From Macrostomum lignano (taxonomy: Eukaryota), in NCBI GenBank assembly GCA_002269645.1, contig NIVC01000968.1:1-64000 (forward strand): a stretch of DNA of 64,000 nt, read 5' to 3'. A program made the position numbers and the translations under genes. The notes under the pieces were generated by a model. The model had not been told where the DNA came from. It saw only the letters and a program-made list of their open reading frames with translations, and made no database searches. The first letter of the stretch is position 1. Each line of letters opens with the position of its first letter. Positions 38,867 to 51,347 of the stretch are shown one piece after another.

Positions 38867-41800
38867 GATATTGATACTGTGAAATTATAATTTATGATAG
38901 CTATTAGTAAAAAACTGATTACTATAAAATCTTTGAGTGGTTTTTGTTTTGCTTTATTGAATAAGGGTCTAGGAAGACAGACTACAGTGTAGCGTTGCGT
39001 GCCTCAATCTAATCTGGTTAAATAATCCTATGACTATATTTTTACAAAAATACTGGCAAGGACTATGCCCTTTACTTTCCTTTTATTTTTAAAGCAAGCA
39101 AAAAATCAATACTTTAGGTAAAAAAAAGTAGTAAACGAGATAACAATTACGAGATAACAATTAACGAGATTAATAACAATAACGCAACCTTAAATTGATA
39201 TTTTACACTCCTTGCAGGATATAGAGAGCCGGGTAGCCTATATTGATTTAGACGAACTAGGGTAGTTCTCAAATTAAGGTCATGATGTTTTGGTACAGAA
39301 AAAAAAGTTTTTGAATAAAGTAATTATTTTGCAAAAACGATTCTTTCGTCAATTTAATTAAAAAACTGCCGTTAAAACCACAAGAAACCAAATATTTAAG
39401 ACGAAATCTAGCAATTTGTTATTTTTCGCAACGGAAAATAAAACGACCAAAAATTGTGAAATAATGCAAGTTTTCTTTTATTTTTTTATGAATTAGATAC
39501 ATCTTTTATTCTATGTTTACTATTTAATAAGTATTATTTCAATAGAAAATGTTATTTTTAAATCAACATTTTGTTTTTTTCGTATAAATTGCTTGTATTT
39601 AAAATTATCGCGTAACAAGAAACACCCGAAATAATTGATATTGTACCACTCAAGAACTTAATTATTGTACTTAAACACCGAAATATGAAGCTTAAAATAT
39701 ACAAAACTGGTTTAGCTAAAAATTAGGCTTGCAAAATATGTCTTTTAAAGCATTAAAAGTTTTTTTGAATTAGAATATATATAGTAAACGAGCTAGGAAG
39801 CCATTTCTTTTAAAACCTAAAATGCATGTATCTTTTTTCGAACAGACTTGCGTTTTTTTAAAAAATAATTCAGCAAGCATTTATATTCTGCAACATAGCT
39901 TTAATACTATTTTACTATTTTACTATACTATTTTCTTATGTAATTAGGCTGCATAACTACTAAAAGAACAGCTTATAAATTTAAATTAAATACTTTGGTC
40001 TTGGTAAGTTAATTAGCCTATTACAGACGTCTGACTCGGCAGCCACATGGATCACTGCAATTGCTCTGGCGAACCTCTGCAATCGATTCTGGCCCTGCAC
40101 TAGCTGTCATGCTCGGTATACAATTCGTCTCATTTGATAAATTACGTCGATGCCTGCAGAACTAACCACATCCAAAGGACCACTGCACATCTTAGATTGT
40201 GGCACATACAATGATGCTGGTGTTCTGGCAGAGAAACAGGTAAAAGTGCAGCAAATAGCATTACATATCCGTCCGAGAGGTGTGCAGTTTACAGTGCTTT
40301 AGCCAATTGGGTCAGTAGAATTAAATCGATCACATTAGAATAAAAGTAGATGTTCGCTGTACATGTAACAAACCAATAGCAAGACACTATTGGATGTCTT
40401 TCCCTTCTACTGATGCTCGTATATCAGCTGGCTGTCTCCACAGGCCACAGCTCATCGCATTCTCTGTTAACCGCCGCTTCAGTGCTGTCAGCCGCACTTA
40501 ACTGTGTCTGGCCTCGGTATATAGAGTTAGTCCCAATGGAAAATCATCATCTAAAACATATCTAAAGCGTAATTGTCAATCGAGGAGTAATATAAAATAT
40601 AGTATGTCTGTTATGGTACTGCCATGACTTATCTGTTAAACACTTCAAAAATTCGTGTGGCAGCACTCTGTAGAGATTCCATCTTTCTGTACCATATTTA
40701 ATATTACATTGCCAGCATCAATGGCAATTAAGTTTTTTCTTTTGTCTTTTTTCTTGTTAGTAGCTATATGCATCCAAAGGTGAAAAGTATCAACTGAATG
40801 TTTAAGTTGCTACATGTATATCTTTAATGAATTGCAGAACATATGAGAATGAATTTAATGTTTCAAAGAAATTAATTTTTGTGCTTCAGACAGCTAATTT
40901 CATTGATTATAAATCAGATGCAAAATTGTTTTAATACTATTTCTTGACTAATCAAATCATGCAACTTTTTTTATTATTCGTTACTCTTATTTTCTTTTCA
41001 GTTTCTACTACCTCTTGTTTTGACTCATTATGTTTACTTGTAACTTACAATACAAATTTTAAATCAGTTAAAAAAATTGTGTGAAAACAACAAAAAACGA
41101 CTGTTTTTAAGAGAAAAATAGTCAATTTTATCTACATAAATCAAATTCTGTTTGTTCTGACTAACATATTGGGTGATCAATAGCAAAAATTCATCTAAAT
41201 ACGAGCGTACATAAAAAAACATCCAAAAAACCTAACAATGTGCTGAGAAAATTTTTTTTCATAACTAGAGACAAAAAAGTGGTACTTTTTCTCATCCCAC
41301 AGATGAGGACTTTAAATTAAAATAACTTTGGTGCTACTTGCTTTGTTGTTGTCAGCGAAATCTCTCTTTGTTAGGTTAATTTTGTGCTATTGAAAAAAAC
41401 TTAAAATTGAATTTATTTAACTTTTCTTTTTAATATAGAATGAAACTGCCTTAATTGATACTTTAGTGTTAGATATGACTATCTTTCTTAAAAAAACAGC
41501 AGAAAACGCAGCTATTAGCTTATTCTATTAACAGAACAAATTAATTAAAAGTGGATTTTTTAATCATTCATAATGTTACGTTTCTAGCAAAAATCGAAAT
41601 AGCAACATCTGCTTTGCAATCGAAAGAGTTAAATGGGTTCTAGGTTGTGCTAACCAAAGTTATAAATAACATTTATCAATTTTCTTCTTTAATAAGACCA
41701 CGTGAACAGAATGTAGCTTCTCTAAAGTGGGTATTATAGCTCGTGCGATAATAAAAATATACATCGAAAAATGAAATAGCGCACTCTGATGAGATTAACA

Positions 41801-42348
41801 TCAAAAGTTCAATGTTAAAATAGATTAAGACCCATGAGAGGCATATATTTTTTAAGTCCTTTTAGAGCTAAAATAAGAAAAGATTCAATATTTCAGGCTG
41901 ATTTTCAAAAATATTTGTTTCACTGCTTACGACTAAACTTTGAGAACGACCCACTAAACTAAACACGTTAGCAATTTTTACACGATTTAATAATACGAGC
42001 TTCTTACACTGGTTGTGTCAATATTTATTTGATATTTATAGGTTAATATTAAGTTATAATTTACCACTATTCTATAATTCCAAAACCATTAAAGCCTCTA
42101 AGGTAAAATCACAGAAGTTTTAGTTTAGTTAATCTATGCTTTTTTCTTAATAATTTTTGCAGAATTTTTAATTTTTGCAGAAAGTCTCACTTTAATGCCT
42201 GGTTTTATGGTGTAGTGACGTAGTCTCAAACAGAAATTTCATGACAATGTACGAAACGAAGGAAATTTAATATAAGTTGTTTCTACAATTCAGACCCTGT
42301 TTTTTTTATAAAAAAGTTACATTTAGCAATATCTAGACATTCAGGAAA

Positions 42349-42530
42349 ATGTTTAAAGTTGCACATCAAATAGCATCTCTGTTTCTACTTTTATCTGTAA
42401 TCGAATTCAAAGCCTATCTGACCCTTGATTTTCGCATAAGCACATCGAAAGTTTTGCTACCATACTCAAGCTATGTTCCTATAAATTATACTCTTGTTGC
42501 TGAGTCTGAAGCACGTTATTGTTATCGTTG
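42349..42530 (+). CDS. nup210: Nup210/gp210 exon 1 (signal peptide plus N-terminus)
   Basis: Hydrophobic leader, then ISTSKVLLPY...NYTLVAE...CYRW, matching NUP210 LNIPKVLLPF...NFTLEA...CYRW. Donor TG|gtaagt. Confidence 0.9.
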
Positions 42531-45500
42531 GTAAGTCCAGGCCATACATTTTGTCATAATTGACATAAATTACATTTTAACAAATATATTTTAATAGGCC
42601 TACATGTGAACTTGTAATTCCAATAATTATATTGTGATTGTGACTATTGCTCTTTTGATTTTTGACTGTTGAATTTTGTGTTAAGCTTAGGCCTATCCTT
42701 ATTATTGTACTTGCCTAATATACTCTTCTCATAGTTATAGATAGACAAAGTCAAAGACCAAAGTTTTCATTTTTATATTAGTAAATATCAATACTCCATT
42801 TTATGCCCATTAAATATGCTTTACATGGGGCAGTGTTGGGCACAATATCCATAAAATTACCAGTAAAAAGCTTTTCTAAAAAAAGTATTGCCAATACCTA
42901 AAAGTCTAATCCTCACTCTGGATCATGTAGTATACACCCGAAAAATTGTGCATACATTAGGATGGAATTCTTGCATAAAAGTTGTTACACGTTTGTGCGC
43001 GCTTGTCAAATTCATGCGCACTTGCACACTAAAAAGGAGCCTACTTGCGTGCTTTTAAAGAAGGTGTGTGCACACTCCATCGTATCTGATTGCATAAGAA
43101 GCTGTTTGCCGCAGAATCATAGATAGGATTTGACTTTGACATGCATTCAACATGGTTATATGCCATGTGGTGTATGCGCGCTCAAGTTCTACTTTTCATA
43201 GTTCGGAAGGAAGGTTGTTTTTATGCCAGAAAATTTCAAAACAAAAGTAAAATAAAGTATGATTGTTTAGCAAAAAATGGTTACTTTAAAGTTTAGTAAA
43301 ACTCACAACTTTGAAAGAATATTTTCTTTAAAAAATATAGTCTTTAAGCTATTCTACACTTAAAGTACAACTTTTTAAATTATGTTGGCGTAGAATTTAA
43401 AAACTGTATTTCATTTTTAGTGCATGGGCTATGATCTACATATGACTTATTTTTACAGCTAGTGTGCGCGCTTGCGTGCTGCTCCAAAAACATGCACCCA
43501 CGTTTTCCTATTCCCAAGCAAGAATGGATTCCATCCTGAGGCATATATTAGCCTTGCATGCCAAAATTAGGCTTGCACAATTGGCCTGCATCACTCCTGA
43601 AAAAATAGTATACGTGCATATCTGGTGTACACTTTATAGAATCATGTGTAAGAGTTATTGTGAAGTTTAAAAAAGATGACAAAAGTTCATTTTTAAGCGT
43701 AAATTTCAAGCTTTCTAGTTTTTTCAAGCTTGTAAAAGAGCATTTAAACAAATCTTTGCATGTATAAATTTTCCGCTATAAATAGTATTGCCGAAAAAGC
43801 ATAAAAAGCAACCAAATTATCTGGTAGTAAGGTCTATTACGCAGTTTAAAAAAGGTATTTTATTGTCACAATGTAAAAAAGGTCATTTATTAATGCAACA
43901 CTGGTGTATTTTTGAGAATATGCGTACGCAAGATTTTTAAAGCAAAGAAACTAAGCTTAGCTTTGTTTTTTGAATGATAAAGCTTTCAGTAAAACAAATA
44001 TAATTAAATTAACAAATGAAATCCAATAGATGCCACTGTGGTCAATCATTAACTATTTACTAGCCTCTATAGTCATTTTTCTTTATGCTATTAGTATTAG
44101 TACTATTATTGTTTTAGTATAGTGTGGCAGGCTACTAGTCACCTAGGGTCAGGATCATGTACTGCTGTACACCGGAATGAAAATTGCTTCCATAGCTCAT
44201 GCATGCCAATGTATGCCATCAAACTTTTTATTTCATACAAAAATATGCCAAAATAAAGATTACAAATTACAACCAATATTAAAAGCTTGCAAAATTTTAA
44301 TATTAAAAAAACTGATATGTTAAAACATAATTTTTTTATTAAACTATAGAGAACTAGTTCATTTCAACTATTTAACTTTTTAACTTTTACCTTTTAACTT
44401 TCAATTTCTTGAAAAAGTTAAACCTGTTTTTTTAAATTCAGTTTTCTGTTTTTTTGTAAAGGGCTAGATATTCTTTCTGATCAAAATTTAGCTACTATAA
44501 CTATGTATATGGAGACTACACCAAATACAAAATTAATCATTTTTGTATACTAATTATTTAGATTGATTGTTGGGACTTGGAACTTTTGGTCCCACCTGCT
44601 GGTCTCAGCAATCTCTATATGCCAAGCTGTATGCCAAGAGGGCACACCAGGCCCCTTTGTACACCAAGTTGTATACCAATGGTGTAATCTAGGTCCCTCT
44701 ATATGCCGGAATTTCCGGCGTACATATATACCATCCGGAGTCTGGCTAGTTACTTTGGCGACAAGACATATTGGCAACTGACACTTTGGCGATCAGTGTG
44801 TAACAGTCTTTTCAACAACAATTTTAGGCCATTTGGCAAATTGCTAAACATCAATAGTGCAATCATAAATTTTTTGAGGGGGTGGATTTTGAAGGATAAA
44901 GTCCCGGGAAGAGGGGTAGAGGGGTGGCTCTGTTTTTGGCAAAAATTCGCTTAGTCCCATTGGAGGGGTGGCTCTGTTTTTGGCAAAAATTCACTTGGTC
45001 CCCCCTTTGATTTTTTTAATCTCCACCTAAGGGGGGGGGGCAACTGCCCCCTGCCCCCCCCCCCTAGTTGTGCCACTGCTAAATATATGTATTTAACATA
45101 ATAAATAAGGATGCAGCTTTTGCTTGATTGCCTTAGAATAAATTTCTGTAATTTGATTAGAAAATTTTTTTTATATTAATTTTTATTATACTAGATTGTA
45201 GTACAATGCATGCTCCTCTCTCTAAGTGTATTGGGATACTGACTGTCAGGAGCTAGAGTTAAGGTAGAGTCAAGAGCTAAAATACTTTGTTTTTTCTTGA
45301 CACACAAAAGATGTGTTGAAAAAAAGTTAGAAAAAATAGTAATGCAATAGGTAAGGCAATCAGTATCTGGCAGTGACAGTGTTGCAGAACTTGCAGCATG
45401 ATAACTGACTAAATAATATCATTTTTTGATAATTAGTAATTACTAACTAATTGATAAAGTATATATAGTGCAGGCAATTTTTAAAAAGTTCTAAAAACTA

Positions 45501-46454
45501 ATTTTAAGGATGAAAATATTAATTATTTCAGCTTCATTGACCTAAAAGTGAAGTATTTATCATTGCTTTCTATAAAATTATGCAACTATTTCATCCATTT
45601 TAACACAATTTTTTATTGTTTGCAGGCTCAAAATTTTAAAAGTACCAGAGTATCAGATTGTTGGGAAATTTTCAAAATTGTATTAGAATTTACCAAAGTC
45701 TGATACCATAAAAAGTATTGGCTTCCAATACTCTGATACCCAAAAGGTATCACCAATAGTATGAAGTATTGGAATTGTGCCCAACATTGTACATGGATAA
45801 ATTGTCTATGATACATTAAAACTAATTTGTTTATTAAAAATTAGAATTAAAAAAATATATTTTGGCATGTTCATTCACAATAAATTATTTTTTTTCTTTA
45901 TTTTATCATATAATTATAAATAGTTTTATATATTTTAAGTAGCTTTCCTTTTAATGATATAGTTAGCATAATTTTGGAGGTTTTTTATTTTCTTAGTAAA
46001 ACTAAAGTGATCTGTTTAGATTTTTTTGTATAAATATAAACTAAGTATAATCTAGACTATTGTATAACCTCAAAATAATTTACCTATTGCAGACTTAGGT
46101 CAGATTATGTCAAATTGTTATTTAAGCATACATGTGCAACCCCCTTAATTTACATGCACTATGCAACTTACTTTTTGATCAAAAGTGCTACTTACCTATA
46201 AAAAAACCTAAGCAAAAATTAATGCAAATTTAGATAAATGGCAGGAGTAACAATGACTATTATTAAAGCTTAATGCCCTGTCATCTAATTAACATCTAAG
46301 TACTAGGTCTAATTTTTTGTGCAGACATTTTTGCAATTTACCTTGGCAACTTACCTTGTTCCAAAATGTTCTGTAGGTATGCTAGGGAGCTTGCAACCCC
46401 CTGCAATTATTATTATTATCAAAAACTTTCAATTGAAAATTTTACAAATTTTAG

Positions 46455-46582
46455 GACATCAACATCTCCAGAAGTTGCAACAGTAACACCATTGCATGAG
46501 GACTGTAGCCAGTCTGCCATCATCACAGCAACATGGAAGAATCCATATCGAGCCAGCACTGCTATTCTTGTTGAAAATATCA
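46455..46582 (+). CDS. nup210: Nup210 exon 2
   Basis: ttttag|G ... ATC A|gtatgt. Encodes TSTSPEVATVTPLHEDCSQSAII (human STRPEVASIEPL...CSQKAVV). Confidence 0.9.
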
Positions 46583-46654
46583 GTATGTTTATCATTGCTT
46601 GTATTGTACATTGTAGCTTTATTGCTGATAGTGCCTTTTTTATTAATTAAATGC

Positions 46655-47210
46655 TTTGGAGTGACATTAGATTCAATGCTTTGGAGTGACATCAGATTCA
46701 ATGCTTTGGAGTAACATTAGATTCAATGTTCTGAAGTAACATTAGATTCAATGTTCCGGAGTGACATGAGATTCAATGTTCTGGAGTGACATGTGATTTA
46801 ATGTTCTGGAGTGACATAAGATTCAATGTTCTGGAGTGACATAAGATTCAATGTTCTTGAGTGACATTAGATTCAATGTATTAAAGTGACATTAGATTCA
46901 ATGTTCTGGAGTGACATGAGGTTCAATGTTCTGGAGTGACATGAGATTCGATGTTCGGAAGTGACATGAGATTTAATGTTCTGGAGTGACATGAGATTCA
47001 ATTTTTTTGAGTGACGTTAGATTCAATGTTCTGGAGTTACATGAGGTTCAATGTTCTGGAGTGACATAAGATTCAATGTTCTGGAGTGACATGAGATTCA
47101 ATGTATTGGAGTGACATAAGATTCAATGTTCGGAAGTGACATTAGATTTAATGTTCTGGAGTGACATTAGATTCAATGTATAGGAGTGACATGAGATTAA
47201 ATGTTCTTGA
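46655..47210. repeat. 25-bp minisatellite in Nup210 intron 2
   Basis: GGAGTGACAT(G/T/A)AGATTCAATGTTCT unit, ~22 copies. Confidence 0.92.
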
Positions 47211-47474
47211 ATCTGGAATAAAGTTCCTACACAATTGCTATCCTGGAATGAAACGCGCACAAGTGTGACGCTATGGTGTGAAATCCTGCTGCACTGTGTT
47301 TGGCTGGAGTAATGTGCTTTTCTAGAATAAATTCTCAAAAGATTGATCAGACATTCGAGAGTTGAAATTCTGGAGTGACATCACAGCTTGTGGTATTATT
47401 ATAGAAAACTTAAACAAGAAGATTAGAAGTATTAGTTACCAGTAAAGAACAAATTGTGTTTGTTATTGCTACAG

Positions 47475-47606
47475 TGACCGGCCACACTGTCAAATGCGAC
47501 GTGATTGTTGACAAGCCATCTAGGCTGGAGATTGAGACCACAACTCAGGAGCTCTACCTGCACGACGCGCCCGAGGCCTTGGTTGTACGCGCCTACGATG
47601 ATTTGG
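47475..47606 (+). CDS. nup210: Nup210 exon 3
   Basis: gctacag|TG ... TTG G|gtaag. Encodes TGHTVKCDVIVD...TTTQELYLHDAPE (human TGQVLRCDAIVD...TTRELYLEDSP). Confidence 0.93.
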
Positions 47607-47744
47607 GTAAGATGTTGCAATACTAATCCTTATTCTAATACAGCTTAAATAGGCTGGGGAACTTTGTATAGAAAGTCCTATTATTCTTAACTATATATCA
47701 TACACTGGGGGGTCGCCAAACCCTCAATAATTACCCCATCTAAT

Positions 47745-47870
47745 GCTGGCACCCATTTTACAGCTGGGTGAACTGAAGCAATGCAGAGTTTCTCAAGTGT
47801 CTTGCTCAATGATACAAATTGTATCGAGTGGGTTGAGAATCGAACCCCCGACCTTTCAGTCGTGAGTCCG
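47745..47870 (+). mobile_element. Probable L2-type LINE/SINE 3' fragment in Nup210 intron 3
   Basis: GCTGGCACCCATTTTACAGCTGGGTGAACTG...GTGTCTTGCTCAA...GAATCGAACCC..GACCTT resembles L2-related 3' tails as I recall them; no TSD seen. Confidence 0.4.
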
Positions 47871-47926
47871 ATATCTGCTAATAACACATGCATTACAATT
47901 ATCAATCCATAAATCATAACTGGCAG

Positions 47927-48292
47927 GCAACATATTCAGCAGCCTGACTGGCCTACCATTCGAATGGTCCATCACCTCTGCTCACGGAGTTGACGGTCTC
48001 AACATACTGCGCTTCATCAGCTGGACAGAGTCCGAATACGAGATACCCAGCGTGATTGGCAATCTGGAGAGCCAAGGACTGCAGGGCGACCAGCAGCTGG
48101 TTGGCGGCATTAAAACTGGCTCGGCCTTTGTTGGCGTATCAGTCAAGGACACTATTTATGCTGGCGTGGCACCTGGGAAAGTGCGCCTCCTTGTGATGGC
48201 TAATGCCATACTGAAGCCCAGTTTGGCCTATCTGATACCCGGCGCCTCGCTTAACTACCAGGTGCTGGTCTTTCACCAGGGAAATTTAAACG
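47927..48292 (+). CDS. nup210: Nup210 exon 4
   Basis: tggcag|GC ... AAC G|gtgag. Encodes GNIFSSLTGLPFEWSI...QGDQQLVGGIKTGS...VRLLVMAN (human GNTFSTLAGLVFEWTI...QGDTILVSGMKTGS). Confidence 0.94.
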
Positions 48293-48365
48293 GTGAGTTG
48301 TTCTCTGTGACCATTGTGGTGAGACTAACTAATCTTCATGTTCCGATCCTGAGAGTCAGCTGTAA

Positions 48366-48842
48366 CACAGATGCTGAGGGTGAGCAGTCTCACAGATGCT
48401 GAGGGTGAGCAGTCTCAGATGCTGAGGGTGAGCAGTCTCAGATGCTGAGTGAGGGTGAGCAGTCTCACAGATGCTGAGGGTGAGCAGTCTCAGATGCTGA
48501 GTGAGGGTGAGCAGTCTCTCAGATGCTGAGGGTGAGCAGTCTCACAGATGCTGAGGGTGAGCAGTCTCACAGATGCTGAGGGTGAGCAGTTTCACAGATG
48601 CTGATGGTGAGCAGTCTCACAGATGCTGATGGTGAGCAGTCTCACAGATGCTGAGGGTGAGCAGTCTCACAGATGCTAAGGGTGAGCAGTCTCACAGATG
48701 CTGAGGGTGAGCAGTCTCACAGATGCTGAGGGTGAGCAGTCTCACAGATGCTGATGGTGAGCAGTCTCACAGATGCTGAGGGTGAGCAGTCTCACAGATG
48801 CTAAGGGTGAGCAGTCTCACTGATACTGAGGGTGAGCAGTCA
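48366..48842 (+). repeat. 25-bp splice-signal minisatellite in Nup210 intron 4 (~19 units)
   Basis: Unit agtctcacag|ATGCTGAGG|gtgagc. Confidence 0.95.
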
Positions 48843-48930
48843 TAGTGGTTGATAAATACATTGAATGACTATAATAACACTTTAGACTTTAATTAGCCTA
48901 TATATAATCTTCATCACCAACTGTATCCAG

Positions 48931-49059
48931 AGGTTGCAATGCCGTCGCAGCAGTACTATCTGAACCTGAATGACAAAACCAAAGCTACGCTGGATACGCA
49001 GACGTCCCGTCTAACTGCCAGAGAGCTTGGCGAAGTTGAAGTGTCGCTTTACGATCGAA
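48931..49059 (+). CDS. nup210: Nup210 exon 5
   Basis: tatccag|AG ... CGA A|gtaagt. Encodes EVAMPSQQYYLNL...TSRLTARELG (human ELSMPSDQYELQL). Confidence 0.9.
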
Positions 49060-49185
49060 GTAAGTGCATTAATTTGTTATACGCTATATTGGAGTTATTG
49101 AGAGATTTAAAAAGTTCTACACTTCAGACTGCTCATCAGTAGAAATGCAGGAGTATTATTGCGCTTTGCACACCTGTACCGCCAG

Positions 49186-49550
49186 ACATCGAGGAGACTG
49201 AGACATTCAAACGGCCCAAATCAATCGTGAGCATTGTTGAGCCCAGCTACCTGACCTTCACCGCCCTGCCTGGCAGGCGCTGGGTTCTGGACACCACCAG
49301 AGCCTACACAGTCATCATTGATATCTTCGATCGGAATAGTCATCGAATTTGGCCGTCAGACGATCTCAGACTCAAGGCGGTATTTCCAACCGACCGGCTG
49401 CGCGTGCTCGAGTCCAGCAGCAATGGCACCTGGCATCTGGTGCAGCCGCTGCGCCCCGGGCCCTGTTTGATCACCGCTTCGCTGGCTGCCATCCAGACAC
49501 CAGACGGTGTTCGACACGAACTGCCGGCGCCTGTCACGGGCAGTCAAGAG
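49186..49550 (+). CDS. nup210: Nup210 exon 6
   Basis: accgccag|AC ... GAG|gtatc. Encodes IVEPSYLTF...RWVLDTTRAY...VLESSSNGTWH (human VVEPGYLGF...RWVLETGRLY...VLSSSQNGSYH). Confidence 0.92.
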
Positions 49551-50133
49551 GTATCATGTGGCGATTTTATTATTACCTAGAAGTTGTACAAAAAGTCATA
49601 TCTGATTAACCATTGGGTTTCCCTGGTTTCTTTTCCGTAGATGTGACTTTTCGAGACACAGTGTACATGTCTGACGATTAGAAAGTCAGGGCTGTTGTTC
49701 ATCCTATGTGAGCGTGTGTGTGTGTGTGTGTGAGAGAGTGCGTGTCTGCGCACAGTATTGGCGCGCTTGAGCGTAGATTGCTTCAGCGTAGATTATGGGG
49801 CGATGTCGTCGAAGGCGTTACGCCAGGGTGCCCACAGCTCTCTTGCAAATATTTATGCTAAATATAGTGGGTTGATATTGCCCGGAAGTTAAGAAAAGTT
49901 AGCCGCGGTTAGCACACAGTTGTTATGACACTCTACAACGTCAGCATCGTAGAAATTGTATGCAGTCAATGGCTGCACACCTAGTCAACCATCTTACTGT
50001 AGGTCAGATGTACTATTAACTACTTGTTTATACAATAGAGAATAAAGTTCAATAGATAGTTTCTTCCCGCCTGAAATCGCCGTCCGGATGTTCCATTGGT
50101 TTACCAGAACTACCCTGCCTCCTCTGACTTCAG

Positions 50134-51213
50134 GTTGAGATTTACGACCCCGTGTCGGTGCTGCCCGAGCGCGTTGTCCTGCCATGGACCCTGTTTGCCG
50201 CTTCTGCAGCGGCTTCTGCATCAACAGGAACTCTGGGCGCCTCTTCCGCATTGCCTGGCAGCTCGGCCGCATCCTCGTCCGTCGACGCGTCGACAGCCTC
50301 CGGCTTGGCGGCTTCCTCGACTGTCGCCGCTGGCGCTGGCGGCGTCGTCGCCGATGCTTCTCCGTCGGCTTGCCGGCTGCAGGCAACCGGCGGCAGCGGC
50401 GAGTACAGCTGGCTGAGCAGCAACGCTAGTGCTGTTGTTGTCAGCAGCCGCGGTGTCGTCACCGCAATGTCCATCGGCCAAGCCGTGGTCACCGCCGCCG
50501 ACGTGCGCAATACCGACAACGCCGCCCGATCGGAGATTGTTGTCGCCCAGCCCACCGGCATGGCCTTCCTGCCGGCCACTGTGGAGGCTGAGATCGGCGC
50601 TACCCTCCGCCTGCCCATTGCGCTGTACTCCGGCCGCGACCCCATGTGCAGCTGCTCGCACGCGCCAATCGATCTGGCATTCGAAGACGACGCCGCCGTA
50701 TTCGAAATCGTTGCCGGCCTCGAGCAACAATTGTCGGCTAATTGTCGCGATTGCGCCGAGCACGGTTGCGCAACCGTTGTTGTGCGCGCCCTGCGCAAAG
50801 GCTTCAGCCGGTTGGTCGCGCGCTACCGCGGCGCTCAATTGTCGGCTTCGTCGTCATCTTCATCTTCCTCAGGAGCCCCGGCGTCAATCTCAGCCGAAGT
50901 GATGCTGGGAGCATTCAAACCGCTCCGACCGCTGGCTAGCAGCTTCGTGGTGTCGCTTGGCGCCATGGAGACGGTGGAATATCGCGGCGGACCGCAGCCG
51001 TGGGTGCTGGACCCGGCCACGTACCGGGTGGAGCTGAGCCCAGCTGGCGACGGCAGCAAGCAGTCTGTTGAAACGGTTCCGTCTAAGGATCAGCACACTG
51101 GCAGGTCGGCGTTTGTTGTCCGATGCGTTGAACTGGGCGAATTCCAGCTAGCACTGAGCGTGAGCAACCTGCCAAGTGCCAAGAATAAATTCCCGGCTAA
51201 ACGGTCTGTTCAG
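50134..51213 (+). CDS. nup210: Nup210 exon 7
   Basis: acttcag|GTT ... CAG|gtgag. 1080 nt, phase 0/0, including ATGGSGEYSWLSSNASAVVVSSRGVVTA and GGPQPWVLDP. Confidence 0.93.
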
Positions 51214-51347
51214 GTGAGTGGCGATAAAAGTTGCGCGCTACTGTTAGTAGGAATGGTGTCCATTGCAGTCATTTTCGTAAAAAATACTATATTAGAAATA
51301 ATACAATGAATGGTTTTTAATATCGAAATTTGGTTCGGGTAGATATT

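Noticed and set aside
45030-45078. hAT-like terminus (CAGTGGCACAACTAGGGGGG on the minus strand)
   Set aside because: No matching second end or TSD found, so the element cannot be delimited.
49121-49185. Upstream alternative acceptor for Nup210 exon 6 (acttcag at 49127)
   Set aside because: Adds 58 nt, shifts the frame and reaches TGA; the acceptor at 49185 keeps homology.
49994-50838. Minus-strand ORFs opposite Nup210 exon 7, including an acidic-looking peptide
   Set aside because: Codon complementarity to the Ser/Ala-rich sense strand; no splice or domain support.
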